A stretch of DNA of 64,000 bases from an uncultured Gammaproteobacteria bacterium (GCA_963698475.1 CAVOQX010000004.1:32466-96465), one strand, 5' to 3'; positions 49,589-58,427 are shown, numbered from the stretch's first letter. Numbers and translations: made by a program. The notes: a model not told the origin generated them from the letters alone.

Positions 49589-49960
49589 CTCAAAGGTCAC
49601 GACAAATGACATGAAGAAATCCGCAGCGTGATTTGTTGGATAGGTTGCTTTGGCCAACTCCCGCTCAACACAACGCACCATTGGCACATTGTCGTTCCGC
49701 CATGAGTTCAAGGACCGTCCGGCCGAATCCAACTGTAGAACCACTGTGAAATTTGGAAGCTTGCCTGGAGCGAGGTCCACGCAGCTAGCCATGGCCGAAT
49801 GCAATTGAGCATCTTGACTCTCAACGAGCGTTGCCTTGATGGTCGGGTCAAGCGCAGCCTCATTTGCATCAGCGCGCCTGAGTGCGTCACTGAATTCAAG
49901 CGGGGTAGCCGGTGAGGCCACCGTTTGCGCCGCAACCAACAAAGCAACCATTGCAATCAT
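49583..49960 (-). CDS. Secreted hypothetical protein (paralogue of 32639..33034)
   Basis: ATG 49960 inside ORF 49583..49975; MIAMVALLVAAQTVASPA signal peptide. Confidence 0.7.
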   Translation of the reverse strand: MIAMVALLVAAQTVASPATPLEFSDALRRADANEAALDPTIKATLVESQDAQLHSAMASCVDLAPGKLPNFTVVLQLDSAGRSLNSWRNDNVPMVRCVERELAKATYPTNHAADFFMSFVVTFEP

Positions 49961-49966
49961 CTTGAG

Positions 49967-50073
49967 CCCTAACACCTGAGTTAAGCCGGGACGCGTAGCG
50001 GATCGGCGGGGTGGTACACGATACCGCGCAAGCCGAGCCGCGAAGCGGTCTCGGCTTGAACGAATAGTTAGCG
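49967..50073 (-). repeat. attC25 (type A)
   Basis: ccctaac..gttagcg. Confidence 0.85.
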
Positions 50074-50074
50074 C

Positions 50075-50566
50075 TCAGTGCGGCGGACCCTGCCACCACT
50101 TGAGATCTCTAACGTTTGCTGCGCCCACGAGACGAGACAAGTTGGAAACTAGCTGATTGGCCCGATCCATTCCCTCAAGCGGAATTGTCTCTTTACTGTG
50201 TCTGACCAAATACACAACCTTTGGCTCTTGGGACCTGCGATCAACTGCGATGGACTTCAATGATTTGGTAGGAATCTCGTACGTGCCACCGGAATCCAAG
50301 AAACGTAGCGATTCAGTGTTCACCTCAAGCGCTACGTGGGGAAGCTGTGCTGCCGCAGCGCGGCTGAGCTTCATGTTCTTGACGAACATGCCACCAACGA
50401 TGATTGAACCCACGGCCATTCCGAGCAACGGGTGCAAAGATCCGTTCCAACTCATTGCAAAAACTACGAGCGCTACGAATAGTGCAAAAGCAACAGCACC
50501 CGCAATTGGATCCCGAATTCTCTTGCGGATGTAGGACTCTCTGAGTCGATACGTGGTTGGGTGCAT
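50075..50566 (-). CDS. 2-TM protein with soluble C-terminal domain
   Basis: ORF 50075..50566. Confidence 0.6.
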   Translation of the reverse strand: MHPTTYRLRESYIRKRIRDPIAGAVAFALFVALVVFAMSWNGSLHPLLGMAVGSIIVGGMFVKNMKLSRAAAAQLPHVALEVNTESLRFLDSGGTYEIPTKSLKSIAVDRRSQEPKVVYLVRHSKETIPLEGMDRANQLVSNLSRLVGAANVRDLKWWQGPPH

Positions 50567-50570
50567 TGAG

Positions 50571-50682
50571 CGCTAACACCTGAGTTAAGCCGCGCCGCGC
50601 AGTGGCGAAAGCTTTGCGCTAGCGTAGCGCAAGCGCAAAGGTGAAGCTACGAAGCGGCGTCGGCTTGAACGAATAGTTAGGC
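50571..50682 (-). repeat. attC26 (type B)
   Basis: cgctaac..gttaggc. Confidence 0.85.
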
Positions 50683-50941
50683 GACGCACGGCAATGGACG
50701 AAGTTGGACACGGCGGCCCGCGACGAGAGCCGGGAGCCGATTGTCACTGGATGCAACCCGCGCAAGTGAGCGGCCCGTGCTCGAGTGTCCGAAGAAGCGC
50801 TTTTCCCAGCGATGCTTCAGGTACGAGCAATGTCCAATGTGTCCGAAGCCTAGACCGGAAACCATCAGGTGCCAAAAGATGCCTGGAGATGCGCGAGCGA
50901 TCAGGTTGCGAGAGCACACAGAAAGAACTGTTTGATCCGTG
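50683..50941 (-). repeat. R-family ORF-less cassette R8
   Basis: 259-nt body, own attC = attC26. Confidence 0.9.
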
Positions 50942-51048
50942 GCCTAACACCTGAGTTAAGCCGGGCCGCTGCGCGGCTTGGCGTAGTGGTACAAATTACC
51001 ATTTAAGCCGAGCCGCGAAGCGGTCTCGGCTTGAACGAATAGTTAGGT
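50942..51048 (-). repeat. attC27 (type A)
   Basis: gcctaac..gttaggt. Confidence 0.85.
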
Positions 51049-51747
51049 TGCACCACGCGTGTGGTCAATGAAGCTGAGCGTGTTGTCATACTTCTTTAGG
51101 ACTGAGGCGCCAAACGGCTGTTGCTCCGAGAAAATTTTAGTCATGAGCTGCCTCACGGTCTTGCCACTATCAGACGGATAGCCGCACTGAAGGAAGCCGG
51201 GCCAGTTGAGCGCGTGAAGATTGGCAGTCTGCTCATTCTTGAGTGGTACGTCGTATCTGATGTAGGCAGGCAAGGGCTTTCCTTCCCACGCGAAGTTGAT
51301 GTTTGACAGGAGGTCAATCGAGAAGCTTGTGACAGGGGTTGCAATCACACCTACCCAGTCACTTGCCTCGTGCCAAGTCGCGGTGTCGTCTATGGCAGGA
51401 CCCAGGAAAACGTTACCGGACTGAGTGAACTCACCCCAGCCGATCGCACCACGAATCAATAAGCCAGAAGTCAGGAAATGGCGCATTACGTCTATGACGA
51501 TTTCCGCTAGTAGCAAAAGAGCTGCTTGGTGGTCTGACTCTATTGTTATTACGACAGTATCAGACAGGATCGTGACGCTAGGCTTCCCGACGGTGGGCCA
51601 ACCTGAGTCCTTTGGAGGGACGCGATTGCGGCTTTCAACGACAGACTGAACCGCGAGCAGGCTCTTCAAGACACCGTCCTCTTCTCGGCTGCTCCAAATA
51701 CCTTTGAAGCCAAGAATATCTAAGAATGCAACCGCACCCTTCTTCAT
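51043..51747 (-). CDS. Hypothetical protein with nucleotidyl-cyclase-like motifs
   Basis: ORF 51043..51747; AFLDILGFKG .. ILSDTVVITI .. IRGAIGWGEF resemble the F-D-x-x-G-F / xD / R-x-G-I-x-x-G pattern of class III cyclase / GGDEF-fold enzymes. Confidence 0.6.
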   Translation of the reverse strand: MKKGAVAFLDILGFKGIWSSREEDGVLKSLLAVQSVVESRNRVPPKDSGWPTVGKPSVTILSDTVVITIESDHQAALLLLAEIVIDVMRHFLTSGLLIRGAIGWGEFTQSGNVFLGPAIDDTATWHEASDWVGVIATPVTSFSIDLLSNINFAWEGKPLPAYIRYDVPLKNEQTANLHALNWPGFLQCGYPSDSGKTVRQLMTKIFSEQQPFGASVLKKYDNTLSFIDHTRGAT

Positions 51748-51772
51748 GACGCAGCGATCCTCTTGATTGGCA

Positions 51773-51879
51773 ACCTAACACCTGAGTTAAGCCGGACCGC
51801 GTAGCGGCTCGGCGGGGTGGTACACGATACCGCGCAAGCCGAGCCGCGAAGCGGTCTCGGCTTGAACGAATAGTTAGGT
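51773..51879 (-). repeat. attC28 (type A)
   Basis: acctaac..gttaggt. Confidence 0.85.
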
Positions 51880-51884
51880 GGCGC

Positions 51885-52217
51885 CTATGGCAACTGCACG
51901 TGCTCCACCCACCAGTCCGCTGTGAATCCAAGAATCAAGCCCAAGACAGCTGCCAAGCCATAGCCCTCGTTGCTTGCGTTGAAGAGGGCGGCGATTGCCA
52001 TGGCCAAGGCGACTCCCAGAACTGTCTGAGCGGCAAGTGAGAGCGAACGCTTCTTTTCCGCGGTGCCAAATATGACAAGAGCACAGTAAAAGCCAAAGAG
52101 AAAGCACGCTATGACAAAGCGATGTACGTTTGAGTCAACCGCCTCAATTCGCCAGAAACCGAAGAGTGCAAATATTCCGCCGAAAAAGATTGCTCCAGCT
52201 AGCGACCAACGGTTCAT
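51885..52217 (-). CDS. Membrane protein (4 TM)
   Basis: ATG 52217 inside ORF 51885..52223. Confidence 0.6.
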   Translation of the reverse strand: MNRWSLAGAIFFGGIFALFGFWRIEAVDSNVHRFVIACFLFGFYCALVIFGTAEKKRSLSLAAQTVLGVALAMAIAALFNASNEGYGLAAVLGLILGFTADWWVEHVQLP

Positions 52218-52221
52218 AGCC

Positions 52222-52333
52222 ACCTAACACCTGAGTTAAGCCGCGCCGCGCAGTGGCGAAGGCTTTGCGCTAGCGTAGCGCAAGCGCAAAGGTGAAGCCA
52301 CGAAGCGGCGTCGGCTTGAACGAATTGTTAGGG
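52222..52333 (-). repeat. attC29 (type B)
   Basis: acctaac..gttaggg. Confidence 0.85.
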
Positions 52334-52681
52334 CTCAACCCGCATATCTACGACTGCGCAAGCAATTTGCTGGTCCCCGCAGAGTCTAGATTCTGTAAGT
52401 TCACACGTTATCTGAACCGACTTTCCTACGTAACGCTCATACTGGACATGATACTCCTCCGGCATGATCAGCTCCACGTGAGTCGCGCCGCGTACCGCTC
52501 CAAACGTTACGGGTTGAGCGAGATTGAGTGTTGCTACTCTCTGCGAATTGAGGGTCGGGAATACGCAAGTCTTGTAGCCAGGAACCCCATAAAGAAGTGC
52601 GTTTGGATTGCTGCCAAGCAAATATGACTCTGTACTACATGAGCATAGAAGAATTCCTACGGCGGCGACCATTCTCTGCAT
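52328..52681 (-). CDS. Putative lipoprotein
   Basis: ORF 52328..52681; MQRMVAAVGILLCSCS lipobox-like. Confidence 0.6.
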   Translation of the reverse strand: MQRMVAAVGILLCSCSTESYLLGSNPNALLYGVPGYKTCVFPTLNSQRVATLNLAQPVTFGAVRGATHVELIMPEEYHVQYERYVGKSVQITCELTESRLCGDQQIACAVVDMRVEP

Positions 52682-52685
52682 TGAG

Positions 52686-52792
52686 CCCTAACACCTGAGT
52701 TAAGCCGGGACGCGTAGCGGCTCGGCGGGGTGGTACACGTCACCGCGCGAGCCGAGCCGCGAAGCGGTCTCGGCTTGAACGAATAGTTAGGC
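52686..52792 (-). repeat. attC30 (type A)
   Basis: ccctaac..gttaggc. Confidence 0.85.
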
Positions 52793-52795
52793 GTG

Positions 52796-53269
52796 TTATT
52801 GCGCACCAAAAGTTGTCTTCTTTGAGAGCCAGTAGCCTGAAAGTTGCCACTTGCCGTCGATCATCTGGAAGACAAGTTTCTCTTCTACGCCCTTGGCATT
52901 CTTGAAATCAGTTTGCACAGCGATCAGACCGAAATTTCCCTCAACGCCATCAAGCGTCTTGGGGAAATTGAAGCCTTTCACTTCTCGGTGACCAGGCGGT
53001 CCTAAAGTGTTTCGCATTGCGCTGATGCTAGTGGAAAAGACAGCCTGATTCGTCTTGGAACGAATCAGTGGGCCAGCTGTGGCCCAAACTTCATCGAATT
53101 GCCCTTGGTCGAACTGGTCGACTACTAAGCGAGCCGCATCCAGCACGGATTCTTGTTGATCGGTGGTGCCCACGTTGACCGGCTCATTGTCCTGTCCCTG
53201 ATCGCCTACGCTAATCGTACAAGCGGTGATCGTGAGAACAATAGCTAAGAGAATCGAGAAATTTTTCAT
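52796..53269 (-). CDS. Putative lipoprotein
   Basis: ATG 53269 inside ORF 52796..53284; MKNFSILLAIVLTITACT. Confidence 0.65.
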   Translation of the reverse strand: MKNFSILLAIVLTITACTISVGDQGQDNEPVNVGTTDQQESVLDAARLVVDQFDQGQFDEVWATAGPLIRSKTNQAVFSTSISAMRNTLGPPGHREVKGFNFPKTLDGVEGNFGLIAVQTDFKNAKGVEEKLVFQMIDGKWQLSGYWLSKKTTFGAQ

Positions 53270-53275
53270 GAACAC

Positions 53276-53382
53276 GCCTAACACCTGAGTTAAGCCGGGA
53301 CGCGTAGCGGCTCGGCGGGGTGGTACACGATACCGCGCAAGCCGAGCCGCGAAGCGGTCTCGGCTTGAACGAATAGTTAGCC
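53276..53382 (-). repeat. attC31 (type A)
   Basis: gcctaac..gttagcc. Confidence 0.85.
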
Positions 53383-53557
53383 CTCAGCCTGTGCCTTTTT
53401 TGCTATACCAAACGTTGCCCGGAGCCTCTCTCCAAAGGTCTCCTCGCGGAAGTCCTTGAACTCGCCAGCGTCAAAAAAGACGCCATGGCAAAAGCCGCAC
53501 GATTCATAAGCAATGTGAGGCTGGCCCGCAACAACCATGGCAAATAGCCGCTGCTGA
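53377..53557 (-). pseudogene. 3' fragment of a zinc-ribbon cassette gene cut by IS-B copy 2
   Basis: ..AGQPHIAYESCGFCHGVFFDAGEFKDFREE..; the MSVKSGVNP start of ORF 53377..53583 is read from the IS-B terminal repeat. Confidence 0.55.
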
Positions 53558-53619
53558 GGGTTCACCCCCGATTTCACGGACACTTACGAGAAGGCCGATA
53601 CGGCCGATTAGGAGTGTTC

Positions 53620-53907
53620 ATGTCGAAGCGAAGAAAGTTCAGTGCGGAGTTCAAGCGTGGTGCGCTTGAACAAGCTAATCAGCCGGGGGTCAGTTGTGCC
53701 CAGGTGGCTCGTGAGCTGGGGATCCGGGACAACCTGTTGACTCGCTGGAAGCGTGAGGCCGGGAGCCAAGGCAAGAACGCATTTGCCGGCACGGGAACGC
53801 CACGGGATGAGGAGCTGGCGGGTTTGAAGCGCGAGCTGGCGCGGGTGAAGAAGGAACGAGATTTTTTGCGAGAAGCGGCGACGTTCTTTGCCAAGGGATC
53901 ATCCTGA
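53620..53907 (+). CDS. IS3-family transposase OrfA
   Basis: Identical product to 37274..37561. Confidence 0.85.
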   Translation: MSKRRKFSAEFKRGALEQANQPGVSCAQVARELGIRDNLLTRWKREAGSQGKNAFAGTGTPRDEELAGLKRELARVKKERDFLREAATFFAKGSS

Positions 53908-53915
53908 GGTATCAG

Positions 53916-54755
53916 GTGATCGAACGTTGTCGCGATGAGTTCCCAGTCCGGCTGATGTGTCGTTGCTTGCGGGTATCGGCCAGCGGTTATTACGATTGGC
54001 GCCAGCACATACCCAGCGCCCGTCAGCTCGACAACGAACGCTTGCTGGGGCGTATCCGTGGGCTTCACGAAGACAGTCGGGGGGCGTTGGGAGCGGGACG
54101 GATGCAGGAAGACCTTGCCGATGAAGGCGAGACAGCCAGCCTGAACCGCGTCGCACGGTTGATGGCCGTCGATGGCTTGCAGGGCTGGCCGCGCCCGAAG
54201 CGACGAGGCCAGCGGGGGCGTCCAGCGCTTACCCCGCCAGGCGTGCGCAACCGGCTGGAACGGGACTTCACCGCACTGGAGCCAGAGACCAAATGGGTCA
54301 CCGACATCACCGAGATCAAGACCAAGGAAGGCAAGCTGTATTTGTGCGTTGTGCTGGACCTGTTCGACTACCGCGTGGTGGGCTGGTCAATGCATCATCG
54401 GCAGGATCGGCAGATGGTTGTCCGAGCCGTGCAGATGGCCGTATGGCAGCGCCAGGGCAACGAACCGGTGATCATGCATTCGGATAGAGGCAGTCAGTTT
54501 CGAAGCGGTGACTACCAGAAGTATTTGCTGGCCAATGCCCTGGTGTGCTCGATGAGCGCCGTGGGTCATTGCGGAGACAACGCCGCATGCGAGGGCTTCT
54601 TCGGCCTGCTCAAGCGCGAACGGATTTACCGCATGACATATCCGACACTCGATGCGGCAAGAGCGGATGTGTTTGAATACATCGAGCGGCGCCACAACCC
54701 AAGGATGCGGCGAAGAACCGCCAGAGAGGATTTGAAGTTTTCCACCCTTTCATAA
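53916..54755 (+). CDS. IS3-family transposase OrfB (DDE)
   Basis: ORF 53916..54755, identical product to 37570..38409. Confidence 0.85.
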   Translation: MIERCRDEFPVRLMCRCLRVSASGYYDWRQHIPSARQLDNERLLGRIRGLHEDSRGALGAGRMQEDLADEGETASLNRVARLMAVDGLQGWPRPKRRGQRGRPALTPPGVRNRLERDFTALEPETKWVTDITEIKTKEGKLYLCVVLDLFDYRVVGWSMHHRQDRQMVVRAVQMAVWQRQGNEPVIMHSDRGSQFRSGDYQKYLLANALVCSMSAVGHCGDNAACEGFFGLLKRERIYRMTYPTLDAARADVFEYIERRHNPRMRRRTAREDLKFSTLS

Positions 54756-54781
54756 CCGTCCGTGATTTCGGGGGTGAACCC

Positions 54782-54832
54782 AGCGCAAAGGTGAAGCTAC
54801 GAAGCGGCGTCGGCTTGAACGAATAGTTAGGG
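54782..54832 (-). repeat. attC32 (type B), truncated by IS-B copy 2
   Basis: Only agcgcaaaggtgaagctacgaagcggcgtcggcttgaacgaatagttaggg remains. Confidence 0.8.
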
Positions 54833-55267
54833 GGATATGCCGCAATCCGCTGGTGCGATGATCAAGCGAGTGATCTCTGCACCATCCTTTCCGCGATAGA
54901 TGTAATGAACGGTTACGCCTTTCTGAAACATAGGGCGCATATCAGTCGATCCACAAACATTCCCCTTCACGACGGGCGCGATTGCTGCATGAACAGCTTG
55001 CGGGTCAACCTCCGTGGATGCGTAGGTGGGGAAAGTGTAGAAATAGGTGAATTTGAGACCAGGGCCACCGACCGTAGTGTCAAGCCTAGTCTCCTTGTCC
55101 ACCATCATTGGGAGATTGGAGTTCATCTTGCTTGCGACTTGGGTAAGCACTTTGTCGATGTTCGGCGCGGTTGTGCTTTCAACGGCGGCTCGGCCTAGTC
55201 CTTTGCCGATCACCATTGCAATAATCAGAACGATGAACGTGGTTATTCCACCAAGTAGCTTCTTCAT
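54827..55267 (-). CDS. Single-TM anchored periplasmic protein
   Basis: ORF 54827..55267; MKKLLGGITTFIVLIIAMVIG. Confidence 0.65.
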   Translation of the reverse strand: MKKLLGGITTFIVLIIAMVIGKGLGRAAVESTTAPNIDKVLTQVASKMNSNLPMMVDKETRLDTTVGGPGLKFTYFYTFPTYASTEVDPQAVHAAIAPVVKGNVCGSTDMRPMFQKGVTVHYIYRGKDGAEITRLIIAPADCGISP

Positions 55268-55277
55268 TTGGAAATCC

Positions 55278-55389
55278 CCCTAACACCTGAGTTAAGCCGC
55301 GCCGCGCAGTGGCGAAAGCTTTGCGCTAGCGTAGCGCAAGCGCAAAGGTGAAGCCACGAAGCGGTGTCGGCTTGAACGAATAGTTAGGC
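55278..55389 (-). repeat. attC33 (type B)
   Basis: ccctaac..gttaggc. Confidence 0.85.
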
Positions 55390-55581
55390 GCATGAAGTGA
55401 GCTGTTTGTGTGTGTGCTGGCAGTCTGGCAGATGGCGCTGAAGCGAAGATCTGTCACCAGCCGGAGGCATAACGGGTTTGAGTTATGCCGCAGGCTGGGC
55501 GAGGCTGCAGCAGCCAAGGTGCAACAGCCGGCGCTGTCTGACTGTTTTCAATAGCTCTTTGCCTAGATGCATTTCTTCTGC
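55390..55581 (-). other. Short ORF-less cassette (192 bp)
   Basis: No ORF of 60 aa or more that is not attC read-through; contains hairpin GGCATAAC-gggtttga-GTTATGCC. Confidence 0.6.
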
Positions 55582-55688
55582 GGCCTAACACCTGAGTTAA
55601 GCCGGACCGCTGCGCGGCACGGCGGTGTGGTACACGTTACCGCATAAGCCGAGCCGCGAAGCGGTCTCGGCTTGAACGACTTGTTAGG
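55582..55688 (-). repeat. attC34 (type A)
   Basis: gcctaac..gttaggc. Confidence 0.85.
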
Positions 55689-56386
55689 CGTCAATTCAAC
55701 GATGCTGGTCTTGCGGTACACAGACCATCTGTCGTCTTTGAACAAGTAGAGCGCAGCTGATACTCGCAGGTTGTCGCTTGACTCATACAGGAACTGGATG
55801 CTGCGCTCCAAGGAGGATGACAGCTTGCTTATCAGCAGCGGGAGCGTAGATGAGGCCGCCGCGTTTGGGGACGCCAACAATCAGTCCATCCGGGTGCTTT
55901 TGCAGCAAACTCTCCCAGAATTCTTGGTCAAGAAAGTAGCTGCTGTCCAGGTCTGGAGAATCCCGCAGAGACCAGCATGATTCCATCTTGCCCAAGGAGT
56001 GGCTTGGGGCGAGCCATAGCGGCTCTTGATGTTCGTAATTGCGATCTCTGCGGCATGCTCCGGTGTTAGGCCTAGAGCCGAGAACTCCTCGGCCGACAGG
56101 TTTTGCATGGAATGTTCGCCGTCAATCACGAACCGAACGTGCATGTCTCCAATGAGGTCATACCACGCGTTGTTCAGTGTGACTCGTCTCGCCGTCGCTC
56201 AACGTAGCAGTAGATGGCCCAGTTGGCTTGAAGCCAAAGTCTTGCTTGTTTGCGCCCTCAACTTCGCGGAGAACCAGCATGAAGTTGTCGTCTGAGCAGT
56301 GGCCTGTCGGTTGCGATCGAGGTCATAGCGGTGAGCAACAAGAAAAGCGAGAGCGAATTTCTGAGTGCCATGATCTTTCCATTGAC
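55689..56386 (-). pseudogene. Decayed cassette gene (multiple frameshifts)
   Basis: Signal-peptide-like start MALRNSLSLFLLLTAMTS (ATG ~56371) then coding signal hops between the frames of ORFs 55881..56144, 55783..55995 and 55563..55880. Confidence 0.5.
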
Positions 56387-56498
56387 GCCTAACACCTGAG
56401 TTAAGCCGCGCCGCGCAGTGGCGAAAGCTTTGCGCTAGCGTAGCGCAAGCGCAAAGCTGAAGCTACGAAGCGGCGTCGGCTTGAACGAATAGTTAGGC
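56387..56498 (-). repeat. attC35 (type B)
   Basis: gcctaac..gttaggc. Confidence 0.85.
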
Positions 56499-56757
56499 GA
56501 CGCACGGCAATGGACGAAGTTGGACACGGCGGCCCGCGACGAGAGCCGGGAGCCGATTGTCACTGGATGCAAACCCGCGCAAGTGAGCGGCCCGTGCTCG
56601 AGTGTCCGAAGAAGCGCTTTTACCAGCGATGCTTCAGGTACGAGCAATGTCCAATGTGTCCGAAGCCGAGACCGGAAACCATCAGGTGCCAAAGATGCCT
56701 GGAGATGCGCGAGCGATCAGGTTGCCGTGACACACAGAAAGAACTGTTTGATCCGTG
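56499..56757 (-). repeat. R-family ORF-less cassette R9
   Basis: 259-nt body, own attC = attC35. Confidence 0.9.
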
Positions 56758-56869
56758 GCCTAACACCTGAGTTAAGCCGCGCCGCGCAGTGGCGAAAGCT
56801 TTGCGCTAGCGTAGCGCAAGCGCAAAGGTGAAGCTACGAAGCGGCGTCGGCTTGAACGAATAGTTAGGC
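56758..56869 (-). repeat. attC36 (type B)
   Basis: gcctaac..gttaggc. Confidence 0.85.
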
Positions 56870-57127
56870 GACGCACGGCAATGGACGAAGTTGGACACGG
56901 CGGCCCGCGACGAGAGCCGGGAGCCGATTGTCACTGGATGCAACCCGCGCAAGTGAGCGGCCCGTGCTCGAGTGTCCGAAGAAGCGCTTTTACCAGCGAT
57001 GCTTCAGGTACGAGCAATGTCCAATGTGTCCGAAGCCTAGACCGGAAACCATCAGGTGCCAAAGATGCCTGGAGATGCGCGAGCGATCAGGTTGCCGCGA
57101 CACACAGAAAGAACTGTTTGATCCGTG
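56870..57127 (-). repeat. R-family ORF-less cassette R10
   Basis: 258-nt body, own attC = attC36. Confidence 0.9.
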
Positions 57128-57239
57128 GCCTAACACCTGAGTTAAGCCGCGCCGCGCAGTGGCGAAAGCTTTGCGCTAGCGTAGCGCAGGCGCAAAGCTG
57201 AAGCTACGAAGCGGCGTCGGCTTGAACGAATAGTTAGGC
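57128..57239 (-). repeat. attC37 (type B)
   Basis: gcctaac..gttaggc. Confidence 0.85.
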
Positions 57240-57498
57240 GACGCACGGCAATGGACGAAGTGGGACACGGCGGCCCGCGACGAGAGCCGGGAGCCGATTG
57301 TCACGTGATGCAATCCCGTGCAAGTGAGCGGCCCGTGCTCGAGTGTCCGAAGAAGCGCTTTTACCAGCGATGCTTCAGGTACGAGCAATGTCCAATGTGT
57401 CCGAAGCCGAGACCGGAAACCATCAGGTGCCAAAGATGCCTGGAGATGCGCTAGCGATCAGGTTGCCGTGACACACAGAAAGAACTGTTTGATCCGTG
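57240..57498 (-). repeat. R-family ORF-less cassette R11
   Basis: 259-nt body, own attC = attC37. Confidence 0.9.
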
Positions 57499-57606
57499 GC
57501 CTAACACCTGAGTTAAGTCGGCCCGCGCAGCGGCCGAGCAATGTGCTACACGATAACGCACAAGGCGAGGCCGCGAAGCGGGCTCGGCTTGAACGACTTG
57601 TTAGGC
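57499..57606 (-). repeat. attC38 (type A variant)
   Basis: gcctaac..gttaggc. Confidence 0.85.
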
Positions 57607-57607
57607 C

Positions 57608-57892
57608 TCAACTCGGGCTGTTACGTGCGCTAAGTCTTTCTTGGCGCCAGTTGAAGACGAGAAGCCCCGCGAAATACAGGACAAAGTAGGTGACTGCATA
57701 GATGCCGAGTGGCCACTGCACAAGATTGAACTTTGTAAGCGCGACCGGGAGCAAAGCGCCGAAGCCGGCTAAGAGATTGATTAGCGGTTCCCACAAGCGG
57801 CCGAATCTTCTTGGGTAGCGTTTGAATAACAGGAGAGCAGGCACCAAACCCAGGATCATTGCGACAGTCAATGCTGTTGGTTCCGTTGTCAT
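57608..57892 (-). CDS. Small membrane protein (3 TM)
   Basis: ATG 57892 inside ORF 57608..58198 (upstream part is attC and neighbouring cassette read-through). Confidence 0.6.
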   Translation of the reverse strand: MTTEPTALTVAMILGLVPALLLFKRYPRRFGRLWEPLINLLAGFGALLPVALTKFNLVQWPLGIYAVTYFVLYFAGLLVFNWRQERLSARNSPS

Positions 57893-57906
57893 GTGATGTC
57901 TTTGAG

Positions 57907-58013
57907 GCCTAACACCTGAGTTAAGCCGGGCCGCGTAGCGGCTTGGCGATGTGGTACACGATACCGCGTTAGCCGAGCCGCGAAGCGGTCTCGGCTTGAA
58001 CGACTTGTTAGGC
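57907..58013 (-). repeat. attC39 (type A)
   Basis: gcctaac..gttaggc. Confidence 0.85.
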
Positions 58014-58424
58014 GCTATGGCCCACGTTAGCGTCCGCTGAATTGAAAACGAATGCCTGAACATTTTGAGGATTTTCGAATACGGGCGGCTGATTCCAGTC
58101 GATGACGTTGTAGACCTCAAGGAACTGTAATGAGCCATCAACGACGTAAAGAATGCATCCGGCCGGCTCTTTGCAACCATGAACAGGTATGTCCGCATTT
58201 CCGCCGCATTGACTCGGTGCTACCACGCGTGGTGCCTCGCTTGGAACTGAGATATCCGCATAGAAGCCGCATGGAGATGGTTGACTGATTGTCACAGTTG
58301 CTAGAGGCCACTGCTGCCGCAGAATCTGCATGCGCGGATCGTCACCTTGAAGAAGCAAGGGAATCAACTCATGAGCTAGCCGCAGCATTTCTGGTATTGC
58401 GGCAGCCAGTTCATCTTCTTCCAT
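58008..58424 (-). CDS. Hypothetical cytoplasmic protein
   Basis: ATG 58424 inside ORF 58008..58436; MEEDELAAAIPEMLRLAHEL.. Confidence 0.6.
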   Translation of the reverse strand: MEEDELAAAIPEMLRLAHELIPLLLQGDDPRMQILRQQWPLATVTISQPSPCGFYADISVPSEAPRVVAPSQCGGNADIPVHGCKEPAGCILYVVDGSLQFLEVYNVIDWNQPPVFENPQNVQAFVFNSADANVGHSA

Positions 58425-58427
58425 AGC

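Larger units (their letters stand above)
53558..54781 (+). mobile_element. IS3-family insertion sequence IS-B, copy 2 (1224 bp)
   Basis: Same termini and identical ORF products as 37212..38435; left flank is mid-gene, right flank is mid-attC, no direct repeats. Confidence 0.85.

Noticed and set aside
50677-50919. 80-aa - strand ORF (MCSRNLIA..) shared in length by R8 and the diverged R0 (39370..39612)
   Set aside because: Only the termini match, and those are encoded by the conserved nucleotide blocks. The middle ~55 residues are unrelated. Most other R copies interrupt this frame (TAA in ggtaaaag).
56510-56770. 86-aa Cys-rich + strand ORF (..ECPKKRFYQRCFRYEQCPMCPKPRPETIRCQRC..) in R cassettes as a zinc-ribbon protein
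   Set aside because: - Frame-shifting 1-nt indels and a TAG variant break or re-phase the ORF in several copies (for example 43456..43698, 44307..44549, 57251..57454).
- It is antisense to the cassette orientation.
- The diverged copy R0 has no ORF of 60 aa or more on this strand in the track.
56499-57498. Self-cleaving ribozyme (hammerhead-like CUGAUG.. on the - strand) or known riboswitch motifs in R cassettes
   Set aside because: Only a partial CUGAUGG match is present, without the GAAA and stem arrangement. I saw no match to the glycine, c-di-GMP, guanidine, fluoride or Mn riboswitch cores that I can recall. The question is left open for a proper covariance-model scan.
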